16,293 bases of DNA from Candidatus Bathyarchaeia archaeon. GTDB taxonomy: Archaea > Thermoproteota > Bathyarchaeia > Bathyarchaeales > Bathycorpusculaceae. The notes below the pieces were generated by a model. That model saw nothing but the letters and a program-made list of their open reading frames with translations. It was not told the DNA's origin and ran no database searches. The translations under genes and the position numbers were made by a program. This document shows, in pieces, positions 7,816 to 15,324 of this stretch (positions are counted from its first letter, which is position 1; every line of letters starts with the position of its first letter). The stretch lies in contig JBBFKZ010000027.1 in assembly GCA_037481775.1 (NCBI GenBank), forward strand, positions 1 through 16,293, read 5' to 3'.

Positions 7816-9171
7816 TTATTGTTTTGTTGCTGCATGTGTTTCTCCTCGGATTTCTTTTAGTAGCTCTTGTTTTAGGGCTATGCTGAGCTGGTGTAGTTGG
7901 CGTTCTTCTAGTTGTTCGCGGCTGATAACAGTTGCGTTCGGGCGAGCTAAGGCTTCTTTGGTTAAGATTTCTTCGGGGTTTAATCCCCAGGCGCGGATGA
8001 TTTCTTTGAGCGCGGCGATTTTGCTGACCCGCGTCTTTGGTCTGATGCTTAGGGCTGCTGCCGAGTAAATGCCTCTGAGGTATTCTATGCCTTTCATCTG
8101 GATGTCATGGTAGGTGCTTATGGTGTGACCCATCATGTATTCAATGTAGTCTGTAGGCATGCCGAGCGCGGCGAGTTGGGTTCGGAAGAATTTGCGTATG
8201 CTGTGGACGCGGAGGTCGTAGAGTCTGCCTAGGGATTTTTGTGGGATTAAGCCTGCTTTTTGGTAGAGCTCGTGGACTAGGCTGTGTACGGCTTGGGTTG
8301 TTAGGGGCACTGGCCTGCGTAGTTGCATGTTTCTTAGGAGTGGGGTTTCGTCATGGATGTTTTCTGGTGGGATTTTGTCGGTGCCTTGGCGTCTGGCTTG
8401 CAGATACAGCCTAAGGTAATCAGCTGCTTCTTGACCGATGAAAGTGTCGTAGTCGTGGTATTTGCCTTTGGTGATTTCTGCTTCAACGTGGACGTGGATG
8501 GGCACTATGCCTTTCTCGAGGTCGCGTTTGACATGGCGGTATCGGAGCTTTACAAGCGTGCCTGTGCGGAAACCGCCTAAGGCGAGCATGCTAATTATGG
8601 TTTTGGTGCGTATGTCTGCCATGTCGATTATGGTTGCGAGTTCTTCAGGTGTGGGTGCGCGGTCTTTGTAGACGCTACGTTTAGGCAGGCTGTAGGCGAG
8701 TTCGAGTTTTAAGCCGTTGCATCTGAAGAGCGCTTTGACGCCTTTTATGTGGTTGCTGACGGTGCCTGGCGCTAGATCTTCGGCTTGGAGTTCGCCTACG
8801 AAGTCGTCAAGTAGTCGGTTGTATTTGGCTATGGCTTTGGGGTTGGCGTCTCCGTCTATGTCGGTGCAGTTTCTGATGAGTTGGTCGGGTTGGGTGTTGA
8901 GCCATTTGCAGAAGCGGTAAACACCGTAGAGGTATTGATAGAGAGTTCCTGAGCTTGCGGTTCTATGTCGCAGGAGGTGTTTGGCGAGTTGTAGGGTTGA
9001 CTCGTTGCTGAAGGCGAAGGGTACTAGTGCGGGCATTTTCCAGCTTAGGCTGTTGATTATGTATTGTTGGAGTTTTTCTTCGGCTGCTGATTGCGGTTCT
9101 GGAAGCTGGAGTGCTATTGGGATTTTGAGTTTTCGTCCGAGGGGGCTGTGGGTTATGGTCACTGCCTGCAA
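7816..9171 (-). CDS. Tyrosine recombinase / integrase, intact
   Basis: Catalytic set GFRTG (R), ITKGK (K), HSIR (HxxR), YMMGH (H), STYH (Y); N-terminal SAM-like core-binding region. Confidence 0.93.
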   Translation of the reverse strand: MQAVTITHSPLGRKLKIPIALQLPEPQSAAEEKLQQYIINSLSWKMPALVPFAFSNESTLQLAKHLLRHRTASSGTLYQYLYGVYRFCKWLNTQPDQLIRNCTDIDGDANPKAIAKYNRLLDDFVGELQAEDLAPGTVSNHIKGVKALFRCNGLKLELAYSLPKRSVYKDRAPTPEELATIIDMADIRTKTIISMLALGGFRTGTLVKLRYRHVKRDLEKGIVPIHVHVEAEITKGKYHDYDTFIGQEAADYLRLYLQARRQGTDKIPPENIHDETPLLRNMQLRRPVPLTTQAVHSLVHELYQKAGLIPQKSLGRLYDLRVHSIRKFFRTQLAALGMPTDYIEYMMGHTISTYHDIQMKGIEYLRGIYSAAALSIRPKTRVSKIAALKEIIRAWGLNPEEILTKEALARPNATVISREQLEERQLHQLSIALKQELLKEIRGETHAATKQ

Positions 9172-9539
9172 TGCGTTTGCTCCTGGCTGGTGTTTGGTTG
9201 AGTTTTTCGCTTCTTTGGCTGAAGCGCATACTCGCCTCTAACTATGGTGTCTGGGAAATTTAAATGCCCGTTTGAAGTTTTTTGTAATGGTAGCTCATGG
9301 AGTTCGAGGATGCAGCTTTTGAGGATGATTAAGCCGCTGCCTGAGCCGCTGGGGATTTGAGCGTCAGGGATTGTCCTGTCGTGTTCGATGAGCATTATTT
9401 CGTCGGTTTGTTTGGTAAGCCAGCCTATTGTCTCGCGTTCTACGGCTTCCTCTATGGGCTGCTGGATGTTCTTGTAGAGAACGTGATCCTTGTAGCGCAC
9501 GTAAACGGCAGAACCCAAAGAAAAAGCAGGAGAGGACAT
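9159..9539 (-). CDS. Hypothetical protein (small beta-rich domain), coupled to the integrase
   Basis: VYVRYKDHVLY..ERETIGWL..MLIEHD..GLIILKSCILE; overlaps the integrase start by 13 bp. Confidence 0.65.
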   Translation of the reverse strand: MSSPAFSLGSAVYVRYKDHVLYKNIQQPIEEAVERETIGWLTKQTDEIMLIEHDRTIPDAQIPSGSGSGLIILKSCILELHELPLQKTSNGHLNFPDTIVRGEYALQPKKRKTQPNTSQEQTHCRQ

Positions 9540-9552
9540 TGGGCTTCACGCT

Positions 9553-9795
9553 TTATTTGAAGAAGGCTTCGTCTCGTATGTTTTCGCTGACGCGGATGAA
9601 TCTGCGTTTTTTACAGAAAGACAGTATGCGGGTTAGTTCTGGGTCGTCTGCGCGTTCAAACTCTCTCCTGAAGCCCAACTTGCCCGTGGAGACGCGGACT
9701 TCAATTTTTCCGTCGCAGTCCAGAATCTGGTAGAAGCCCAATTTCTCCCCAGCATACTCTTCCAAGACTTCCCATTCTTCGACGAGATTAACCAA
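9553..9795 (-). CDS. Hypothetical protein of the element
   Basis: Likely TTG start at 9795 after an AGGTGA SD (ORF open from 9861); co-oriented and tightly packed with downstream genes. Confidence 0.6.
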   Translation of the reverse strand: MVNLVEEWEVLEEYAGEKLGFYQILDCDGKIEVRVSTGKLGFRREFERADDPELTRILSFCKKRRFIRVSENIRDEAFFK

Positions 9796-9907
9796 TTTGT
9801 TTTCACCTTGAAGGTCTTGCAGGCTGAGAATAAAAACTATCCATCGTCGCAAAGACATCATGTCTTTCAGGGTACCCGCAAAGACACGTATCTAAATTAG
9901 AGCTATT

Positions 9908-10285
9908 TTATGACAGCGCAGCAATGAGCAAGTATAGTTGCTCGTCTTTGGCTGTTTCAAGGAAGGCGTCCATGTTTTTCTCGTCGAGTTTGAGCGCTGC
10001 TTTTCCCCTAGGCGTCAACGCATACAGTTCAGAGTCCCAACCTGGTTGCGTAGGTCTAGTTCCTTTTTGATTTATCCAACGTTGCCGTTCGAGTGTTTGC
10101 ATGCGCCTGTAGACGGTTTTGCGCTCAGTGTGCCTAAAACCCTTGATTGTTCTAACCAAAAGCCACACGTCATAAGAGATCAATGCGCCTTTTTGATCGA
10201 GGATTTTGAGTATGACGCGGTTTAGGCGGGCTTCTCTGCCACTGAACACCTTAAGCCTCGTGCCCTTGCCTTTGTTCCGCGTCAA
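9908..10285 (-). CDS. Winged helix-turn-helix DNA-binding protein (PadR/MarR-like)
   Basis: VILKILD..ISYDVW..KTVYRRMQTLERQRWI..LYALTPRG pattern; GGAGG SD before the TTG start. Confidence 0.75.
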   Translation of the reverse strand: MTRNKGKGTRLKVFSGREARLNRVILKILDQKGALISYDVWLLVRTIKGFRHTERKTVYRRMQTLERQRWINQKGTRPTQPGWDSELYALTPRGKAALKLDEKNMDAFLETAKDEQLYLLIAALS

Positions 10286-10617
10286 AGTTCGCTTCCTCCA
10301 ACGCTGAAAGCAAAAACTAGGGATTTTTGGAACCGCCTTATCACATTAATGCCGCTGTTTTCTGGTGTTTTGTCTGCGGCAAAAAGTTTCTACAGGAGAA
10401 AAAATCACGGGAAAATTTTTCTGGAGACCCTTATGTTTACAAAATTGACACGTTTATGTAAAAAAGAGCAGGTGATTTGCAGTTTCTTGGCGTGTTTTGA
10501 CGGGGTGATTTCTTCGGGTAGAAACATTTTTCCCATAGGCATTTCTACGGGCGAAAACCTAAGGGCGCAAGTTTTGCGGGGGCGTTTTTTCTCAAAAGAT
10601 TAGATTCAGATGGTCAA

Positions 10618-10854
10618 TTATTCGATATGTTTGTTTCTTATGAGGGTTATGTTTATGATTTCTTGCTCTGGTGTTTCTCTGGCTGCGAAGTCTATGCTAA
10701 AATTCTTGTGCATGTGCGGTTCGATTTTTTCGTTAAGCCTCGTTGGGAAGTCTATGGAATAACGTTTGTAACGGTACTCCTGAGTTCTCTTGTAACGCTT
10801 CTTCATCCAACGGACTTGAAACTTAACCAACTCTACTAATCTCCAAAGTAGCAT
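10618..10854 (-). CDS. Small basic protein, possibly AbrB/SpoVT-like DNA-binding
   Basis: Lys/Arg-rich; the YKRYSIDFPTRLNEKI beta-turn-helix pattern resembles AbrB-type folds. Start uncertain. Confidence 0.5.
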   Translation of the reverse strand: MLLWRLVELVKFQVRWMKKRYKRTQEYRYKRYSIDFPTRLNEKIEPHMHKNFSIDFAARETPEQEIINITLIRNKHIE

Positions 10855-10968
10855 TTTCGAGGAGGTGGTTCTTTCCCAAGCCTGAGTTCAATGTTCTTAT
10901 TCTTGGACTTTGAGTAGGAGTTGAACCAGTGTTAAAGGTCAAGGTGTTGGCTGTGAATTGCCATTTTC

Positions 10969-11253
10969 TCATGTAACGTGCTTAGGTGTTTTCTTGCTTC
11001 TTATTCGATTTATGAGGCGCAATGCTCCAACAGCAGCAATAGCTATGAAAGCAGCTAATCCTATCCATTGAATTGCCCAAAGTATTTGATCTAACAAAGG
11101 TTCTGGTTTAGGGATTGGCATGGGGGTTGGTTCTTGCGATGTTTGTTCAGGGAAGAGAATGTAACTCATTCCTACAAGCAGAAAAGCTAGCGCTACAGCA
11201 AGGACTGCCGCTGCCACCATTGTCATTTTTTGTCCAATCAAGGTTTCACGCAC
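10969..11253 (-). CDS. Small two-TM membrane protein with a Pro-rich loop
   Basis: Two hydrophobic helices flanking PTPMPIPKPEP and a basic C-tail; preceded by an operator copy and TTAAATA. Start uncertain. Confidence 0.6.
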   Translation of the reverse strand: MRETLIGQKMTMVAAAVLAVALAFLLVGMSYILFPEQTSQEPTPMPIPKPEPLLDQILWAIQWIGLAAFIAIAAVGALRLINRIRSKKTPKHVT

Positions 11254-11287
11254 TATCCGCTATTCTTACGTTCGAGGTCTGTTATTT

Positions 11288-11328
11288 AATACTATATTTC
11301 TGTACAGGGTGTACTAAATATTTGTACA
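11288..11328 (-). promoter_or_regulatory. Tandem operator, divergent copy facing 10969..11253
   Basis: Minus strand: TGTACAA-ATATT-TAGTACA-ccc-TGTACAG-AAATA-TAGTATT running into a TTAAATA box. Confidence 0.6.
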
Positions 11329-11404
11329 TCTTCTTTGAAGTACCTTTGAATAGAATAAGTTTTAATTGACGCCCCCCCCCATTTAATTAGATTAGGCGCT
11401 GGAT

Positions 11405-11827
11405 TTGAGTGACAGAGAATCCAAGGACATCCTTAAGGGAACAACGCTTGAAATCTACCGTTTATTATTAAAAACCAATAAACCGCTAGGAATTAGAGAG
11501 ATCCAAAGAGCCTTGAACTTGAGCAGCCCATCCCAAGCTCAATATCATCTTAATAAACTTGAGGAAGCTGGTCTGCTAAAAAGGGAAATGGGCAATTACG
11601 TAATAAACAAGGTTCTCTTGGAAAACTGCGTAAGAATCAGCCGATTCCTCATTCCAAGATACCTCTTTTACTCCATATTCGCCATCGCAATCTTACTAAT
11701 TGAGCTTATCCTTCTCAGACCAGCAGTTCTCACCCGCGAATATTTCTTCTTCACGGCTGCAACGTTAATATTTGTTTTAATCTTCTGCTATGAAACTGCA
11801 AAGGTTTGGCTTAAAGGGAGCCTATAG
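11405..11827 (+). CDS. Membrane-anchored winged-helix transcription regulator (N-terminal wHTH + two C-terminal TM helices)
   Basis: LEIYRLLL..PLGIREIQRALNLSSPSQAQYHLNKLEEAGLL (ArsR/LexA-like wHTH), then YLFYSIFAIAILLIELILL and YFFFTAATLIFVLIFCY. Confidence 0.82.
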   Translation: MSDRESKDILKGTTLEIYRLLLKTNKPLGIREIQRALNLSSPSQAQYHLNKLEEAGLLKREMGNYVINKVLLENCVRISRFLIPRYLFYSIFAIAILLIELILLRPAVLTREYFFFTAATLIFVLIFCYETAKVWLKGSL

Positions 11828-11875
11828 CAAACCACTTTTTCAGCAAAACTGTAAATTTCAAGCCAGCCAGTAATC

Positions 11876-11915
11876 TGTCCTAAACATTAGTACAGGTGTC
11901 CTAAAGTGTAGAGCT
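11876..11915 (+). promoter_or_regulatory. Tandem operator copy
   Basis: TGTCCTA-AACAT-TAGTACA-gg-TGTCCTA-AAGTG-TAGAGCT running into a TAAATA box. Confidence 0.75.
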
Positions 11916-11981
11916 AAATATTCGTATCTATTAAGATAGAGACGCAAGACAAATAGTCTTGACGGAGACGAGAAGCATGAA
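11876..11981 (+). repeat. Duplicated promoter/leader block, copy 1 (copy 2 at 15219..15324)
   Basis: 11917..11981 is identical to 15260..15324 (65 bp, offset 3343); the upstream operator part is near-identical. Confidence 0.92.
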
Positions 11982-12828
11982 GCTTAAAGCCACGGCAATT
12001 GGTGCTCTCTTGCTTCTTAGCTTACTTGTTATCTCAACAGTGCAATCTATTGGGGTAGGTACTGTTAGCGCATACCATGGCGCTGGGATCTTCTGCCCAA
12101 ACAACTATATACCAGATCAATGGCCTTGGGACACTCCAGATGAGGTATCATTTTCGACTACATGCTGCTGGTACATTTATGCTTACCTCTTTTACCATTA
12201 CTACCCAGGACCAGTCGGTTATGCGTACGGTGATCCTTTTGACAACGATCCCATTGTCACGCCCAATACATACATGGACTATCTTGATTATTTGGAAGAC
12301 AATTCCGACGCGGTAACGGTTTTTTCAAAAGGGCATTGTACTCCTTGGGGGTATGGCTACCTATACCGCCGCCTACTTTGCACCATTGATGGCACGTACG
12401 CTCGAGATTCTATAGAGATTTATCCGCATACTGATCAGTTTAAATGCCGTTTTAATTTTATTTGGCATTGTGGTACCACCAATAGTTATCCTTATTGGCC
12501 GCCTTTCCCACCTGATGGACCCCCCTCGATGCCATTGGCATTTACCCACAATTTGGGTATGACTGAATATGGCTATAGCGGTTCGTGCGTCTTTGCCGGA
12601 TGGGACTATGCCTCGCCTCAGTTCTTTAATGTCATTCCAGATCACTATCCTTGGCAATGGGGACAATTAGCAGTCGGAGTCTTCTATTATATGCACTACA
12701 ATTACTGGAGTCTTGGCTATACTCTCAATTATCTATCAAACTTGATTTACGGTGTCAACTTTAACCAAAGCCCACTTTATAACGATTTGATGGTTTTGGG
12801 CAACATGGGTATGACTTTGAATTACTAA
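11977..12828 (+). CDS. Secreted Tyr/Trp-rich protein, putative His-Cys (clan CD, caspase/gingipain-like) peptidase; paralog 1
   Basis: Signal peptide MKLKATAIGALLLLSLL; motifs VTVFSKGH, FNFIWHCGT, FAGWDYASPQF and VLGN. ATG 11977 follows GGAG; alternative TTG at 11959. Confidence 0.6.
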   Translation: MKLKATAIGALLLLSLLVISTVQSIGVGTVSAYHGAGIFCPNNYIPDQWPWDTPDEVSFSTTCCWYIYAYLFYHYYPGPVGYAYGDPFDNDPIVTPNTYMDYLDYLEDNSDAVTVFSKGHCTPWGYGYLYRRLLCTIDGTYARDSIEIYPHTDQFKCRFNFIWHCGTTNSYPYWPPFPPDGPPSMPLAFTHNLGMTEYGYSGSCVFAGWDYASPQFFNVIPDHYPWQWGQLAVGVFYYMHYNYWSLGYTLNYLSNLIYGVNFNQSPLYNDLMVLGNMGMTLNY

Positions 12829-12848
12829 AAAGGAGTGAATAACAAGAA

Positions 12849-14012
12849 ATGAAGCAGGTAGAAAAATTGGTTTGCGCGGTCTTTCTTATTGCAATCTTCA
12901 CACAGCTTGGAATCATTTCTACTGTGCAGTCAGCTTTTACGGAATCTGAGGAAAAAGCAGTAGCCTTCATAGAAAATGTGCTGCCAATCGACAGCTCACA
13001 ATATAATATTACACTTAGAAATTACGGTGTGCCAGAACTGCCAGACATAGGTTACTACAAGCAAAGTAATGTCAAACAAGAGATTCTGACATATTCATTG
13101 GTGTCAAAAAACAGCACACTCGATGTGATTTGCACCATCAGCAATAATGTTTTGACCATCTGCAATATGTATGCCGTAAAGGGATCGGTTATTAGCGATC
13201 GGCAATACAGTAATCTATTGGATGCCGTTAAAGGTTTTCTTGAGAAATACCAAGCCTACTCTAAAATGGATTCAACAGAAATGATAAATATGCTATCAAC
13301 TGTTGATCCTACTAAAAACGCAACTATAACATCAGGCACCCTCAAGCTTACTGTAACCCACCAAGACTTATCTGGCACATGGTTTGGTGACACTGTTGAC
13401 TTTCGTTGGGTGCAAACTTTCAACGGCTGTGACTACCTGGCAGTAGATCTTGTCTTTCGCGACGGTGTCTTCTCAAACCTTATCGACCACCGTCAGCTGT
13501 ATTCAATAGGCAACACCGCGGTGAACATTTCTAAAGAGCAAGCCGTGAAAATCGCGATGGAATACATAAAGAACTACTCATACAAAATAGCAGAGGATGT
13601 TTGGATAAGCGATTTTAACGTCACTGAGGATCGAACGGTTGCAAACTTGGTTCCAACTGTAAGAGAGTCCAATGTTTTATATCCCTACTGGAGCGTTACA
13701 CTCTACCTTAACCAGACGTACCCTGGCAGCGTCACCTCCCTTCTGCTAGGAATCTGGGCTGACTCAGGAGAAGTATTCTTCTGCCACTATCAAGCATATG
13801 GCGGTAGTGACTTAATATCAGACAGAAATTCAGGCTACATAGCATCAGACGGCAACTCAGGCTCCGAACCACCCACAACATCACCCTCGCCGTCATCCCA
13901 AGAGACCAATGGGACATCGATAGACCTCAGCATGGTAGCCATAATAGCGGTTGCAACAATAGCAATTGCAGTAACAACAGTCACATTGATAGTCAAAAAA
14001 AGAAGCAAGTAG
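12849..14012 (+). CDS. Cell-surface protein: signal peptide, PepSY-like domain, S/T/P linker, C-terminal TM anchor
   Basis: ISKEQAVKIAMEYIK...YPYWSVTL...GIWADSGEV resembles PepSY; PPTTSPSPSS linker, TM helix, KKRSK tail; AGGAG SD. Confidence 0.7.
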   Translation: MKQVEKLVCAVFLIAIFTQLGIISTVQSAFTESEEKAVAFIENVLPIDSSQYNITLRNYGVPELPDIGYYKQSNVKQEILTYSLVSKNSTLDVICTISNNVLTICNMYAVKGSVISDRQYSNLLDAVKGFLEKYQAYSKMDSTEMINMLSTVDPTKNATITSGTLKLTVTHQDLSGTWFGDTVDFRWVQTFNGCDYLAVDLVFRDGVFSNLIDHRQLYSIGNTAVNISKEQAVKIAMEYIKNYSYKIAEDVWISDFNVTEDRTVANLVPTVRESNVLYPYWSVTLYLNQTYPGSVTSLLLGIWADSGEVFFCHYQAYGGSDLISDRNSGYIASDGNSGSEPPTTSPSPSSQETNGTSIDLSMVAIIAVATIAIAVTTVTLIVKKRSK

Positions 14013-14027
14013 ACCAATCACTTCCAT

Positions 14028-14040
14028 CCTTTTTTATTTT
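14028..14040 (+). terminator. Oligo-T archaeal terminator-like tract
   Basis: CTTTTTTTATTTT 15 bp after the stop of 12849..14012. Confidence 0.45.
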
Positions 14041-14114
14041 ACAGGTTCTATTCAAAGTAGAAATCGAATTTTGCACTGCATACCTTGTAAACACCAAAGC
14101 GATTGAAAGGGAAG

Positions 14115-14154
14115 TGTCCTAGTGTTTAGTACAGGTGTCCTAAAGTGTAGAAAT
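14115..14154 (+). promoter_or_regulatory. Tandem operator copy
   Basis: TGTCCTA-GTGTT-TAGTACA-gg-TGTCCTA-AAGTG-TAGAAAT upstream of a non-paralogous gene. Confidence 0.75.
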
Positions 14155-14185
14155 AAGTAATTCTTGTTTGGTAAGATTAGTAGAA

Positions 14186-15148
14186 ATGGGAGGTGAAATA
14201 ACGGTTAGTGGGAAAAGTGCTTACTGCTTGGCTTCTGTACTCCTTAGCTTAACGATGCTTTGCTCAATGATGCTTACGGTAGCAGCCCAGACGAATAACC
14301 AGATGTCTGCTATTGGATCATGGCGGCCTCCAAAGAATTTTGTTGATCCGGTTACCTTGAAAATTCAAGAATTCAGATCGCAAGGGTTAAATGATGAAGA
14401 AATAACGGCAAAGCTTGCGGAGCTAGGGATGGGCTGGTACCCGGAGACTGGTGCAACGTGGATGGGAAGAGTGTTGACTCCTGAAGAACTTGCTGAGATG
14501 CCAATTAGAGCGCCAGTTAAAGCTCCCTTAGACGAAAATGCAGTTCTATCGACCGGCAGAGCCTCGTGTATGCGGACTAATTATGCTTCCTGGACTGGTG
14601 TTGCCTCCGAAGTAGTCTCTGGTTCTATGAGTGTCAGTTCAGGACAAACACGGTACCACTATTTGTGCGTGCAGTTGGGAAACTTGGATAGCGGAACGAA
14701 CTGGGTAGAAACAGTGCTCACGCACAATTACGGTGAAACCTACAAGTGGTATACTTACGACTCGGATGAGGGTGGTGGTATGGTATATTACATGGATAAA
14801 AACACGCCGATAACAGTAGCTGATACTTACGTTATTATGTTGGATGGCACGCAAGACGGTGGTGGTTGGCATTATGATGTTTGGATAAACTATCAATGGG
14901 TCAGGCGTGGACACTTGTCAAATCTTTGGGTTCAAGCAGGTTTCCAGAAAGAAGTTTATAGTGACAGCGGACAATTCACGAATGATGCTTCGCATGCGGT
15001 ATTCTACCGAAACTGGTTGCACAATGATCAAGGATGGCCTTACTGGACAAGTGCTGTGAGTACGTGGTGGTACACAACTGCGCCAGTGCGGGAAACTCAC
15101 TCAACGGGTGCTGTTAGCTACCGCTGGGAGACATGGGTGCAGAACTAG
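14186..15148 (+). CDS. Secreted beta-rich protein, possible neprosin/glutamic-peptidase-like with N-terminal pro-region
   Basis: Signal-like N-terminus, ~90-aa pro-like region, then an aromatic beta-rich domain with TNWVETVL and AGFQKEVY. Start uncertain (TTG 14168 or ATG 14186). Confidence 0.5.
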   Translation: MGGEITVSGKSAYCLASVLLSLTMLCSMMLTVAAQTNNQMSAIGSWRPPKNFVDPVTLKIQEFRSQGLNDEEITAKLAELGMGWYPETGATWMGRVLTPEELAEMPIRAPVKAPLDENAVLSTGRASCMRTNYASWTGVASEVVSGSMSVSSGQTRYHYLCVQLGNLDSGTNWVETVLTHNYGETYKWYTYDSDEGGGMVYYMDKNTPITVADTYVIMLDGTQDGGGWHYDVWINYQWVRRGHLSNLWVQAGFQKEVYSDSGQFTNDASHAVFYRNWLHNDQGWPYWTSAVSTWWYTTAPVRETHSTGAVSYRWETWVQN

Positions 15149-15218
15149 CAACGCGAAAGTTGCTTATCTTCATTCCAGACGGCCTCTTGGCTTCAAGTGG
15201 CAAATTTAAACGTTCAAC

Positions 15219-15324
15219 TGTCCTAGTGTTTAGTACACTTGTCCTAAAGTGTAGAAATTAATATTCGTATCTATTAAGATAGAGACGCAAGACAAATAGT
15301 CTTGACGGAGACGAGAAGCATGAA
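15219..15324 (+). repeat. Duplicated promoter/leader block, copy 2, including the tandem operator 15219..15258
   Basis: TGTCCTA-GTGTT-TAGTACA-ct-TGTCCTA-AAGTG-TAGAAAT, then 65 bp identical to 11917..11981. Confidence 0.92.

Noticed and set aside
10349-10603. 84-aa plus-strand ORF
   Set aside because: No recognisable motif or SD, low-complexity A/T tracts, and opposite orientation to its neighbours; more likely non-coding.
11876-15324. Repeats as a CRISPR array or IS/MITE ends
   Set aside because: Copies are kilobases apart, each precedes a gene, and there are no spacers, transposase or target-site duplications.
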